Source: a virus. Taken from it: a DNA stretch of 64,000 nt. The stretch lies in the IMG/VR virus record IMGVR_UViG_3300024302_000005, positions 1 through 64,000 of that record; one strand, 5' to 3'. Shown here in pieces: positions 37,520 to 50,100 of this stretch (its first letter is position 1; each line of letters opens with the position of its first letter). The notes under the pieces are model-generated. The model did not search any database, was not told where the DNA came from, and saw only the letters and a list, made by a program, of their open reading frames with translations. Both the position numbers and the translations under genes were made by a program.

Positions 37520-37860
37520 GAGAGGATACCCAGAACACTGTTAAGGGCCCATCGTCCCCCCAGGATGTGGTCCCTGTCCCGCAGTGGCGAGGGAATGAAA
37601 TATCTTATACAGGGCTAGTCCGTCCATCACACGGCAAATGTTATGGCGGCTCCTGTATAGCAACGGCTTATCACCAAGCATGCTCACTTCAATAGCCTTA
37701 ATTGGCGCATCCTAATGCAGTTCGATTCTGCTGGGTTGCTGACATTTGGTAAGAAAAAGCAGGTTCAACTCCTGCCAGTTACACAGGCCGGTTAATCTAG
37801 TATTCCCGGAGTACAGAGCGGAGGGTTCCGTGAGCATGACACCTCGGAAAGACGGGGAGC
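37520..37860 (+). ncRNA. candidate structured RNA region with two T-arm minihelices
   Basis: About 340 nt with no ORF in the track; several stems and two TTCRA loops. Confidence 0.4.
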
Positions 37861-37886
37861 TAATTTAATTTAATCAGGAGATACCC

Positions 37887-38615
37887 ATGACTGTTAACGA
37901 CCATCTGTTGTTAATATCAGGCAAGAGTGCGACTGGTAAATCTGCCAGTCTCAAAGATCTAAAAGAGCAGGATGGTGTCCTATACCTGAACTGCGAAAAT
38001 GGTAAGAAGCTACCATTCGTCAACAAGTTTAAGCAGTTGACCGTTACTGATACCAGTCAGATCCCTCAGGCGTTCGAGCAGGCCGAGTTAATGCCTGATG
38101 CGCATACTATCATCATTGATACGCTGACGTTCCTGATGAACCTGTATGAGTCCACCAAGGTATTGAATTCAGAAAACACAATGAAGGCCTGGGGTAACTA
38201 CGCCCAGTACTTCCAACTGCTCATGTCCCAGTGTGTAGCTAAATCCACCAAGAATGTGATCTTCCTAGCTCACTCCTCTGACATTTACAATGAGAAGGAG
38301 CTAGCTACCGAGACCATGGTTAAGGTCAAAGGTTCTTTGATGAACAACGGTATCGAGAGCTTCTTCACTACTGTCATCTCCTCCAAGAAGATGCCCCTAT
38401 CTCAGCTAACAGATACGGTGGCTAAATCTCCTCTGTTTACGATTACCGAGGAAGACGAGCTCTTGGGATTCAAATATGTATTCCAAACCCGGCTAACTAA
38501 GGAAACCGTTAACGAGCGGATCCGTAGTCCCATGGGAATGTGGCCAATCAATGAAACTTTCATTGATAATAATGCACAGAATGTGCTTGATAGGCTCCAC
38601 GACTATTACAGCTAA
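37887..38615 (+). CDS. AAA ATPase, Sak4-like (N4 gp44-like)
   Basis: LISGKSATGKSASL, YLNCE, IIIDTLTFLM, IFLAH, RIRSPMG. Confidence 0.85.
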   Translation: MTVNDHLLLISGKSATGKSASLKDLKEQDGVLYLNCENGKKLPFVNKFKQLTVTDTSQIPQAFEQAELMPDAHTIIIDTLTFLMNLYESTKVLNSENTMKAWGNYAQYFQLLMSQCVAKSTKNVIFLAHSSDIYNEKELATETMVKVKGSLMNNGIESFFTTVISSKKMPLSQLTDTVAKSPLFTITEEDELLGFKYVFQTRLTKETVNERIRSPMGMWPINETFIDNNAQNVLDRLHDYYS

Positions 38616-38620
38616 CCCTG

Positions 38621-38718
38621 GTGTCCCCAGAGGTTAGGGCAGTAGTGTAAGCCATGCCTGCGCATCCCATATCTCCCACTGTTTTGCGCGGTACTACTGC
38701 CCTATCCCCTGGGGATAC
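38621..38718. other. long intergenic hairpin (about 98 nt)
   Basis: GTGTCCCCAG/CTGGGGATAC and TAGGGCAGTAGTG/TACTACTGCCCTA stems. Confidence 0.7.
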
Positions 38719-38738
38719 TTACTTTTACGGAGACCAAG

Positions 38739-38924
38739 ATGCCCGACGAACTACTCGATGAAAAAGAAACGGCAACCAAAAACCTATTAGCAGATTCTGT
38801 TATTTTAGGGATCATCGCCGTGGAAGATGCCATTGGTCGTACTCTTATTCAGTACCCTACTATGACATTACGGGAATTCACTGTTGTGCTGAAACAGCAT
38901 AAAGAAAAGATCCATAAGCTCTAA
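38739..38924 (+). CDS. hypothetical protein
   Basis: GGAG RBS. Confidence 0.6.
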   Translation: MPDELLDEKETATKNLLADSVILGIIAVEDAIGRTLIQYPTMTLREFTVVLKQHKEKIHKL

Positions 38925-38941
38925 CGGAACTGGGTACTTTT

Positions 38942-39130
38942 ATGCTACAATACATGTCCGTTTTAACTGATGAAGACACCGGTGCACAGACCTTGATATT
39001 CCAGTTTACGGAAGGGGAATTATCTTTTGAATGCCCCACTGGACTTTCTGCAGCAGAGGCTATTGGCGTATTTAAGGCCTTTGTTTCTGTAGCTGAAGAT
39101 ATCATCGAAAACGAAAAGACCATCCACTAA
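38942..39130 (+). CDS. hypothetical protein
   Basis: Acidic 62-aa ORF in operon. Confidence 0.55.
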   Translation: MLQYMSVLTDEDTGAQTLIFQFTEGELSFECPTGLSAAEAIGVFKAFVSVAEDIIENEKTIH

Positions 39131-39188
39131 CTACCCAGCTATTACCTTCGGTAATGCTAATCCATCCATTCATATAAGGAGACTATAT

Positions 39189-39923
39189 ATGTCCACAGAA
39201 TGGGACCTGCCAACCAATGTCGAAACTACATCCATCGAGCGTGTCGGTGGTGGTTACGCTTGGGAATCTGGTGTCTATGACACCGTGGTTAAGATGGTAT
39301 ATCTTAATCAATCTGCGTCTGAAGCCGTAAGCTTCAATGTCATCCTGGAAAACCAGGCCGGCAAAGAGCTGAAGGAATCTTTCTGGATCAAATCCGGTAA
39401 GGCCAAAGGCAACAAGACGTATTACACCAAAGACGGCAAAGATTATCCTTTGCCCGGTTACTCAGTAGCTAACTCATTGTGCGTGGCCGCCACTGGCGAA
39501 AGCCTGGCCAAGTGCATGGCAACTGCTGAAAAGAAAACCATCAACATCTACAACCCCGAACTCAAGAAAGAAGCTCCTACAGAGCGTCCTGTATTGATGG
39601 GTCTTGCTGGTGTGAAGGTTAAGGTGGCTGTTCATCAGATCACCGAAGACAAAACTGCAAAGAATGAAGCAGGCGACTACGTGGCTACTGGCCAATCTCG
39701 CACTGTCAACGAATGCAAGTTCTTCGGCAATGAAGCTGGTAAGACCACTGAGGAAATCCTCAGTGACTCCGACGCCACCATGTTCGATAAGTGGGCCGAA
39801 AAGAATACCGGTACCGTTATCGACAAAACCACCAAAGGTACTGCAACAGGCGGAACGTCTGCTGCTGATATCATGGGTGGCGGTACAACCGCACCTGCTG
39901 AATCTGCATCACTTTTCGGATAA
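39189..39923 (+). CDS. ssb: single-stranded DNA-binding protein (N4 gp45-like, late transcription activator in N4)
   Basis: ESGVYD..VKMVYL, YPLPG, flexible tail ending SLFG; synteny gp44-gp45-gp46. Confidence 0.85.
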   Translation: MSTEWDLPTNVETTSIERVGGGYAWESGVYDTVVKMVYLNQSASEAVSFNVILENQAGKELKESFWIKSGKAKGNKTYYTKDGKDYPLPGYSVANSLCVAATGESLAKCMATAEKKTINIYNPELKKEAPTERPVLMGLAGVKVKVAVHQITEDKTAKNEAGDYVATGQSRTVNECKFFGNEAGKTTEEILSDSDATMFDKWAEKNTGTVIDKTTKGTATGGTSAADIMGGGTTAPAESASLFG

Positions 39924-40381
39924 TGCGGGTCTGCGGTATAGATCCAGGTAACAATGGAGCTCTATGTGTTTTGGATACTAATCGTCCAGGGCATGTAGAG
40001 CTACTGGATATCGCCAAGTCTACCACATACTTGATGACTCATTGGCTCCATAACCAACAGGTAGATATTGTCTGGAGAGAGGATGTTCATTCCTTATTCG
40101 GCATGTCTGCTAAATCTAATTTTGGCTTCGGAAGAAGCGTAGGTATCGTTACCGCGGTATCTGAGATCGTGACCAAAGGTATTGTAGCTAAAACCGTAAC
40201 CCCTAAGGTATGGCAAAAATACGCCGGGGTAACAGCCAAGGGCAAGGCAATCAAAAAAGAGGTGAGCTTAATAGCCACCACCTTATACCCATTAGCTAAT
40301 ATTTACGGACCGAAAGGAGGCCTACTTGATGGCCGCTCGGACGCACTATTAATAGCCCATTACGGGGTTAACCACTCTTAA
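39923..40381 (+). CDS. RuvC-like Holliday junction resolvase
   Basis: GIDPG..GA, E.V, F.FG, P..WQK, DGRSDALLIA. Confidence 0.88.
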   Translation: MRVCGIDPGNNGALCVLDTNRPGHVELLDIAKSTTYLMTHWLHNQQVDIVWREDVHSLFGMSAKSNFGFGRSVGIVTAVSEIVTKGIVAKTVTPKVWQKYAGVTAKGKAIKKEVSLIATTLYPLANIYGPKGGLLDGRSDALLIAHYGVNHS

Positions 40382-40391
40382 GGAGAGTAAG

Positions 40392-41012
40392 ATGAAGATC
40401 GAAATTAACATCGATATCGAAGCTATTGTTCGTGAGGAGATCCGCAACTTTGTTCGTGAGAACCTCGTAATCAACAATGTTGTTGGTGCTCGAAATGCTG
40501 CCTCAGCCAGTGCAGCTACAGTAGGTACCTCTGATGAAGTATCCGTCACAGTTACACCTGAAGTACAGGCACCATCTGCTACCAAGTCCAAAGGACCTTC
40601 TGGTGGCGGTGAGTGGGAGTATGCTGCTAAGATCGGCAAACGTCGTTCCAAGGCAGACATTGCCCTGCACGATAAGGAAGTAGCTCTTGATCGGCTGCTG
40701 ACTCCGGAAGAAAAAGGGATCGAAGCAGCCCATGTGGAAATCAATGAGCAGACTGAAGTTGATGCCAAGGCAGCTGAGAAAGAGCGTGTACGAATTGACG
40801 CTATGGCTCAAGAGGGCCTGGATGCAGCTACAGCTGAAGCAGAGGCAGAAGCGGCAGCAGCAGCTGCTGAAGGACCTGCAGATGATGATAGCGCAGCTGA
40901 GGGCGATGCAGAGGCATCAGTCGAAGTTTCAGACGAGACGGAGACTGTAATCCCGGAGGGCGAGCAAATCCCAAAGTCAGAGCCGTTAGATACCCAATCT
41001 CTGTTTGACTAA
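40392..41012 (+). CDS. acidic hypothetical protein
   Basis: AGGAG RBS; low-complexity acidic tail ending SLFD. Confidence 0.7.
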   Translation: MKIEINIDIEAIVREEIRNFVRENLVINNVVGARNAASASAATVGTSDEVSVTVTPEVQAPSATKSKGPSGGGEWEYAAKIGKRRSKADIALHDKEVALDRLLTPEEKGIEAAHVEINEQTEVDAKAAEKERVRIDAMAQEGLDAATAEAEAEAAAAAAEGPADDDSAAEGDAEASVEVSDETETVIPEGEQIPKSEPLDTQSLFD

Positions 41013-41182
41013 TGTGGAAAAACATTAAGTATTTCCTCTACACCCTGATTACTCTCGCCGTAGGTATCCCAGTGTTACTGGGCCTATGGTGGAGCATTCA
41101 GGTTGTTGTAGTCATCATCATCGGTGGACTAGTGTTTGTTGTTTACAAAATTTTAGATACTGAGCAAATTAAAAAGTCTTAG
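41012..41182 (+). CDS. small membrane protein (56 aa), not in ORF track
   Basis: TAATG overlap; two hydrophobic segments; converges on vRNAP stop. Confidence 0.55.
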   Translation: MWKNIKYFLYTLITLAVGIPVLLGLWWSIQVVVVIIIGGLVFVVYKILDTEQIKKS

Positions 41183-44100
41183 TAAACCAATCCCAGACAT
41201 CTTCGACGTTAGATGGGCCAGCTATTGTAGAGGCTGAATCTAGCAGGTCACCTTGTCCCAACAATGTTGGCATGAGGTTGCCTGTTAGAGGTCCGCTAGC
41301 GTTAGCTAAGGTCTCTACATCCAGGCCATACTGCATGCCAGCTGCAACACCAATACCAGTTGGCGATCGCTGCAGCATGTTACGCACTGATCTAATATTA
41401 CGAAGCTTATAGGTCAGGAATGGTGAGAAGCCCATGGAGTTTAGTACCTCCAGGATCGGGTGCATATTCTCATCAAACAGTACGAACTGATCGATAGCAT
41501 CATGCAGTGCGTCCTCAAAGGACTGCCCTTTCACATCCACTGCATGGCTAATCATTACATACCTACCCAAGAAATCAGTGATTTGCACGATTTTCTTGTG
41601 GGTACGGTAGACCTCACTATCTCTGTGCAAGACGATATTCTTCGCAATAGACGTCAGCTGACTAGGTATTTTGTCAGTATATTGTGTAACCTTATCCTGC
41701 TGCATGACACTGTTCATCCGGTTTAAATACCCCTTGGAAGATGACGTATTTACGTCCTCCACCACTAGGGAGTTAAGACCGAATGCGCTGAGCAGGTGAA
41801 TAGGGTTATTATTCACTTCAGCTGTTACAGCATCATACTCAGATTGCACTTTAGGCTTCTCGAGTACCGAGGCTACTTGCAGCTTTTGATGCAGATCTCT
41901 CTGCTTCTCGGTATCTGCCTCATATCTAATATACGCTTGATACCCTTCCCGCATCTTCTTAGCAGTGTATGCTGGGGAAATTCCGCGGATGGTTAGAGCC
42001 AGCAGGTTACTGACAAAGTTGTTAATCACCACCATCAATGTGGCCATTACAACACGCTCCATACCGAAGGACATTACCTCTCGGATGCCAGCATATCCCC
42101 TCCGAATAAACGTCTTCATCCAACCTAAAGATTCATTCTGCAGGAACTCAAGGTTAGCCGGGTTCAGGGCACTATACCCAAATGTCTTATACACAATATT
42201 TTCACGCACCATGAACTTACCGTCCAGGGAGAATTTGTGCATGTACTCTCTGACCTCCCTAGGGAGCTTACGGTACTGCTCATGATACTTGGACTTAGGA
42301 TCCAGGATATCCACAAACATCTTCTCATTGCCTGGATACACCTTCACCCACTCTTCGCCCAATACGTCTATAGTGGCTTTGTCTGCATCAATAGTGTTCT
42401 TCTTATTGATGTAGGAAGACCTCATGTGAGCAAACACATTCTGAAATTCCATATCAGGTTGGAAGATAGCTTCTACGCTATCTGCATTCATGATTACCCG
42501 GTAATCAACGATGTTATTCTTGCCATCCCGGATAGGGCTGAGACGTTGCTCTTCGTCTTCAATACCCATCTTCTCCAGATTTGATTCCCTCTTGTGGATC
42601 TTGGCAATGTGGGCCCGGATCGCAGATATATCTGGTGTCTTATCGGCTTTCTGGAACTTCTCATTTTTAGCTAAAATATCAGACAATAAGGTACCGCTGT
42701 GATGCAGACCAGTTGTCGACAGGATACCCGATACGTGGCGGTTCTCAGGCATCGATCTAGACACATACATCACGTTATGGGCCTGAGGTACTCCAGGGAT
42801 GTTACCCATCTTGTAAACGTGTGGGTAGCCCTTCCTGGCCATGGCTTTACGTTCCTCTGGAGTATCTACTCCAGTGATCATGTCGGTCAGGTCATCAATA
42901 CGATCTACAGTGAAACCCTTCTGGGTCTGGATACCGTTACCGTCAAATAGATTATCTAAAGACATAGCTACGAATGCCCTGTGCCTATTCAGCATAAACT
43001 CAAAGGCGTTGGTATCCGGATCAGCTTCGAGCTCTCTGGCCATCATATCTTTGACCACTGCATTATCTTCGCTCTTCTGACTAAGCAATGCAGACAGTGT
43101 AGCAATGGCATCCATTCTGCGGATGGTATTTGCGTTTAAGGCATCACCAGTAAGATACGTGGCCGCTATTGTGGATACGTTAAAATGCCCTTGTGGACGT
43201 TTACGCTTCTTGGTAGCCAAGAAATACCCCAACTCCATGGTGTATTTGAATGCCATAGATGTAGATTTAAGATTAGATGCTTTAGCTAATTTCTTGATCT
43301 CTTGCTTAATTAGAGCAGGATTGCCGATCAGCTTAACGATTTGCTGTGGTGTCATGCCTACGTCGTCAGCCAGTAGGCTCTGCAGATCAGTCTTCAATAC
43401 CACGCGGGTAATAGCTTCACGAGCTTGTTTGCTGATCTCTTCCGAGTTAACAGATTTCCATGCAGCATTCATGGTGCGCACGGAATCTCGCTCCACTTGT
43501 TGGAATAGCTTGTTAATATTCACCTTGGCAAACAGCAACCGCTTAATAAGCTTGAGCGTAAGAGCTCCTTTGCCTACTTCATCAGCCAATGCTTTAGTGA
43601 GACCGGTGATCTGACTGTACCCAGCAGTCACCATGGCGTCCCTAGCTGCACCTTCACCGAGAGCAGCGACACCAATAGCAGCAGCTGATCGGGAAACCTT
43701 ACCCAGTGCGTTATTAGGAGAAGCCTTAATAGCTTTGTGCACTGCAGCAGAGATGAACTCTCTGATCATCTTATCAGAGCCACGTACCAGATCTCTTGTC
43801 TTGGTCTCTAGCTTACTGGCTTGGGAATCATGCCTAGTCTGGATATCAATGAGAGATACCAAAATAGCTAGCGATTCCTCATGCGCATTCTCTTTGTTCT
43901 TACGAAAGATTACTCGAGTAAACGAATCTACTATTAGATCAATCAGGTGGACAAACCGGCCAGCTAAGGTCGTACCGCGGTCAGGCAATACCGTTGTGAA
44001 GCTTTGAGTGATCCGGATCATCGCAGGATTAGTAGTGGCATACGCCAAGAATTCTTCAGGGAGATGAGCAGCATCTGGACCAAATACATAATTGTATTGA

Positions 44101-47100
44101 TCCTTAGCTAGCTTGATCTCACTCGGAGTAGCAGTACCTGGGATATGGCTGAGGAAGGCTTTAAATCCTCCCTGCTTATCGACAAGCTTCTTGGTCTGCT
44201 TACGCACCTCACGGATCTGGTCACCTATCAGAGGGTTATCCCGAATAGCCTGAACAGTCATGGCATGCAGCAGTTCATGCGCATACACCTCCTGAGGAGA
44301 GTATTCGTTACGATTACCAGGCAACTGCCTGCTCAGAGATACCGTCATACGCTTGTTAACGCTATCGTAGGCACCTTGAGTAACCCCATTGATCTGTTCC
44401 ACCGTCATACGGACAGCACCTATGGAGTCCAATCCTCGGCCCATTGTGTCGATAATACGCTGTAGTGTAGCAGAGTGAGAGTCCATCTCTTGCTGGGTAC
44501 CGTAATAATGGCGAGAGATGTTCTTAAAGCGAGAGAGCAGAGCAGTGACACTAGCCTTCGTAATATCCTTGGAGAACACCGTCTTCTCATCGCTTTTCTC
44601 TTGGTTACCCAGAGAATTATACGCCTCTACCACAGCCTTTATGTCAGCATCGATAGTAGCTTGGGTCTCTCCAAGATCTACCGTTACCTCGTACTTACGT
44701 AGCTCAGCTTCCATCTTGGCAATGTTGCCATCATAGGCTGCTCCAACTTTGGCACGATAACCTTCCAAAATAGTGGTGTTATTCGTGGTATCCCCAGTCA
44801 GCAGACTAATAATTATTTCTCTTACATTAATCCGATCTTCCGTAGGGAACATCTCTTTGAGGGTCTCGGTCATTCCGCCGATGTACGGGTTATTTATGCT
44901 GTCTGCCAAAGCTATATTCACAAAATCACGAGCTGTTTCAGCAGTGTACTGAGCTAATATATTAGCTACTTCGTGAGGAGAATTGTTTCTGAACATCCCA
45001 GTAATGTAGTTACGCACGGAATCTGCAAGCCTAGCTACTGCAGGGTGGATCAGGAACATGGCCATCTTGTGAGCAGTACCAGCTGCCTGGATCTCTGCTA
45101 CAGCAGAGTCCATGGACTTACCAGCTTCAGGGTTAGTCTCGGACATATTAGGAATATACATCTGACTGGGCTCTAGACCCTCTGTAGATTCGATTTCTCT
45201 TAGCTCATCCTTCTTCTGAGTGGCTTCATTAGCATGTGAGATAACTACCTGCCGCAGCTCTGCAACATCTTTTTTATCTGTTCCTTCTAAAAACCGGTTA
45301 ACGTGCGCAGTGTCACGGATCCAGTTTTCTACCTCTGTCATCAAGGCAGTCCCGTTATCCGCATCCAACTGCTCAGTTGCAATAAGGACCTTCTCCATCT
45401 GATCTTTCATGATCAGAGACAAGTTCACATCAGGAGAGAGACCTAACCGCTTAAACTCTGCATTATATATTTCAGCAAATTCTGCTAATAGCTCAGGACG
45501 ACCAAATGCTGCATCGTACAGTGGCAGAAGGTGAGGTACTTTATCTAATGACAGAGCCAGCAAGGCAGCATCCGTATTGATAATACCTCGGATCAGCGCG
45601 CTAACTCCAGGTGCACTAAACGTCTGTTGCCGGGCAGTAGCCGTGACATCTCGGGTACCTCCGTCAACGTGATCTTGCACACGAACACTTACGGTATGAG
45701 CGTTGCTATCAGACTTATCCGATACCCGTTTACTCATATCAATAAATGAGTCTACGCCTGCGTCAGACAATGGGCCCTTATATTGTGGCAGCCACTTCTT
45801 CAGCCCATCCTGAACTAGAGCAACCGTCTCAGATTCAGTAAGGCTAGATCGTTTTTCATCAGCTAGTTTTTTATCCCTAGCTGCAATGAAATGTGCCATG
45901 AATACGGCATGCATGATCTCACCGGCTTGAACCACAGCCATCCGGTAATCCTTGGTATCTCCAAGGAGAGCATCCAATCCTCGAGCTAATCTAGGCTCAA
46001 TGATTTGCTTGATTACATTCTGGAAGATCTCTTCGTTAAACTCATGCCCCTTATGCATGTTGTTCTTGATCTTGTTGCCTACATTGTTGCCCATACCCAG
46101 GACATCCAACTGGCGTTCAAACTCTTCAATCTGCTTAGCACCCTCTACTTTGTCAGCAATATAGAGCCTACGCAGTACACCAATCTCTTGGTATAGATGA
46201 GAGATAATAGTTTTGGCCACCCCAGTAGCTACGGCAGGATTGCCGGCACCATACTGAGACATGACGAAAGGATACTTAGCTAGATCTCGTGCATCCTGAT
46301 CAGCTAGGTCAGGGAACAGGTAAGCAAGAGCCTGTGACCGTGCTACGTACGTCTCAGACAGCTTATCCAACCAATCCTGATCTTTGCCCTTCTCTTCTTC
46401 ATGGTACGTAAGGGCTACGTCCATTCCGGAATAGTGCTGAATTAGTGCACCCAGATCCATATAGGTATCGACAGGGATCTTGTCCCCATCATCCCTATCC
46501 TTATTAAGGGCGTGGATACCCCCCTCAAGGTGGGTGGTTTCCTCAGGTGTTTTACCAATATACACCGCAGTCTGGTTAAGGTGCTTCTCCAGAGTTTCCC
46601 GATCATTAAATGTAGGGAACTGGAATATGTTGATAGCAAACCCGTTAGCTACACCATCAATCTCCGCAGGGATATCAGACTCGAAGTTCATCTTGGGAGC
46701 TTCTGGGGCTACGGGAATAGCTTCACCGGTAGCCTTGGCGGTTTCTACTGCAACAGCATGCTTATCCATCGCCGTCATATGCGCCTTCCAGGCAGCATGG
46801 TAAGGAGCGTATATGGATAGGGCATGCAGGCCACCCAGGAGAGAGATATCAGCTCCTGAATATGGGCTATTTTCTTTGGTGTACAGTTTCAGAACTACAG
46901 CATTAAATTTCTCCATGTCCACTTTAGACATGTTGGAGTCAGCTGCCCTAAGAAGAGCTATGGCTTCCTGGATATCAGCATCTTCCATGTACTCATTGAA
47001 GGTGCTTACGATATTCACCGGTACCCGCTTATCTACTTTGTAGCCTAGGGCGTACATCGCAGCGAACTGGAACAGGTGCAGGTTCTCTTTGGTAAATGTG

Positions 47101-50100
47101 GTCGTCCCCTGTGGAGCAACGGCCCACCGCGTAAAGTGACTGTTCTGTGGGTTTACACCCAGACCAACCTGCATAATACGATGCTGAGACTGCAGGGCGT
47201 ATTTGAAGAAGAAGTTCTTCAGTTTGCCTGCCGTGCTAAATTTAAGAACACTATCCAGTGCATCTGTCTTACTGCCATTAGAGGCATTGGCCGAAGTAAC
47301 ATACGCCTTGGTGTCTGTTTTCTCATCTACGGGAACAACCCCCATCAGGAGTTCTACGGTACCCCGGAAATCTTCAGACATTGCAGCTATTAACGGCAAC
47401 GTAGAGGTTTCACCCCAGACTACATTCTGCAGTTTCTCTAGCACTTCACGCATCTTCTTTGGAACATCACCAAAGGATCTGCGGATGCTGCTAGCCGTAA
47501 ACTTTGCAGGAGCCTGCAAAGGAGCTGAATTAGAGTCGTTCTCTGCACCATCAGTCAGCACACTAATTGCTGCATTATTTAGTTCAGTGCTTTTCTCGAG
47601 CTCCTCTACGGAACCCTGCTCAACAGCGTGAGTAATATGTTTGTATTGCTGTCCGTGAGTAAAGTTCCTGCCATCACCTTCTTCGGATTCAGCAACTTCT
47701 TTAGCTTGTTGGGGCGTATACCCAAAATCCCATTTGCCGACGTTAACATTAATGAATGCTACGGTACTGCCAGGAACCTGTGCTTCGTTATTTATGATCT
47801 CAAAGGCCATGGATCCCAGGGCAGTACCTAAAGAATCCACGTAAGCAGCAGTGTATTTACTGCTAGCTGAAATACCCAGGGATGCCAGGATGACATTAGC
47901 TACAGACTGCACAGCTTGTTTGTGATCTAGGCCGACCCCTTCGAGGGCATTATAGTCAGTTGCAGATAGTGCCCTACGCCGATCGCCGTACAGGAACTCC
48001 CCTTTTTCTTGGTCTGAAGATAGCGGATTATCATTAGTATTTTGAGCAATCCAGTTCTGAGCACCCATCATCAAGGCAAACACCACCTGAGGGGGCAGCA
48101 CGGCTTCCCCTGTGAGCACTGTCTTACCGTCTTCGACTTTGGTAGAGAACTGCTCAAGGAGCCTCAGAGGGGTCTTCAGGGCAGGGGCAAAGCCATTACC
48201 TGCTATGTAATCGTCAGAAGTAACCAGATTAGCGTAGGCAGCAGCGTAAGCAGTATACCGGTTAGCGTACAGCTCAGCGCCTTCATCACTTAGCCCGATA
48301 GCCCGCAAGGCATCCATCAGTGTCTGAGGACTGTTGAAAGCCTCTGACGGGATGTTAAACAGCCCTACCCGCTTCTTGGTAATTTTTACCAGTTCAGCGA
48401 AGGTTTTATTCTTGAGGGTAATACCTGATTTGGTAGAACCCATGATCTGCTGATTAACGAATTCGGATACGAAGCTTACCGTAGCATCCAATACAGGCAA
48501 GGTTTCGGTCAGGATGAGTTTCTTAAACTCACCTGCCTTCTTGCCTACCTTAGTACCCGCCTTTTTAATGGGGGTGCTGAAAGTCTCGTTAGCTTGCCCG
48601 GTCTCTACCAGCAGCATACCACTGGCTTCGAACACCTGACCTAACAAGGTATTGTCTGTTTTAGCTAGACCTAACAATTTAGAGACACTGGCAACCAACT
48701 GAGACCAGATAGAGCCCTTGGGCTTAGCTGCATTAGGTAGATCGATTGCCTTCATATCCATCAGCAGACGCTGAAGATGCTTGTTGGTCAGGCCGTACGT
48801 CATTAACTCGTCAGCATGCTTAATTGTAGTGAGCCTATTAAGCATGCTTTTATCATAGTCAGAAACATTATTAGCAGGATCCGCAACATACTCTTTGATG
48901 TGCGCAGCAATGGCTTCTAGTTGAGCTACAGCATCTCGTTGAGTTTGACTGTTAGGGGATTTGAATGCACTAACGGCTGCCACATGCAGTAGTTCATGCA
49001 GAGTAAGCTCTTCATTTAAGGCACCGGGACTAAGCGTAACTAGCTTAGCAACTACTTCTCCGGTTCCCTCTATAAGATCGTAGTCAACATACCCGTCAAA
49101 TTCTTCATCTTCTCGCTGTACTCGCACACCTGTGTATTGAACCTTTACAGCACCTACTTTACCAACCAAGGCTTTAGCGAGCTCTACATAGGCGGGGTTA
49201 GTAGCTGTATCAATAAGCTGCTGAAGCAAGACATTCGCTGTTGTGCCCTTCTTGATTAGGGCAATTACTTTGTCCGTTAAACTAGCGGAGTCATAGTCCT
49301 TCTGGCGTTGGGTTAGCTCGGTAGTGCTGGCAGCAGTAACCGTGCCTTCAGGAGCACTTTCCACCTTCTCTGTGGTGTCTGCACCGACATTGGTATTCTG
49401 TGAGCTAAAGTTAATGGAGTCCGCGGACACTTCAGTAGAGCCGGCATTCCTATTAGCAGAATGCATAACCAACTTATCCGTAGGACGGCTGGTAGCCACA
49501 TAGAGTGCCTGATAGCTATTCTTGGGAGAACCATTGGTCCACCCGCCAATGCTATTCAGGCCATCCTCCATAACATACACATTACGGTACGTAGAGCCTT
49601 GGGCCTTCCAGGCAGTGATCGCGTATGCAGGATGCATCTCGATATTAGCTATGCGAGATACAGCGACATTCTGCTCTTTGAACTTGGTGTACTGCTCTGC
49701 ATTTAGACGTTTTTTAGCCTTAGCGTATTCAGCTGAAATAGCCTCTTGCAACGTCTTTCCATCAGGGAAAGTATCCGTATCAGTTACAGCAGGAATTCGT
49801 GTTTTTATTTCCTCGCCGTTAATAAGGTCCCTCATCAGGACCTCTTGATACGGAATAGATACCCCTTCAAATTCCAGGTGCTCCACCTCACCTACTTCAA
49901 GGATTTCATATTCACTACTATTCCAGATAGCTGCATCGCCCTCATCCTTGGGCTGCAACTTCACAGTGGAATAGGACATCAACACATCACCTACAGCATG
50001 GATGCCGTAGACACGGGTATCGCCAAACAACCGCTCAAAGATATCTCTGTTCAGATTAAAGACAGAGGCACCTTGGTTCCGATTATTCTCATTAAATGCC

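Noticed and set aside
37735-37786. tmRNA gene
   Set aside because: Only the T arm resembles it; no CCA end, no tmRNA 5' end and no tag reading frame identified
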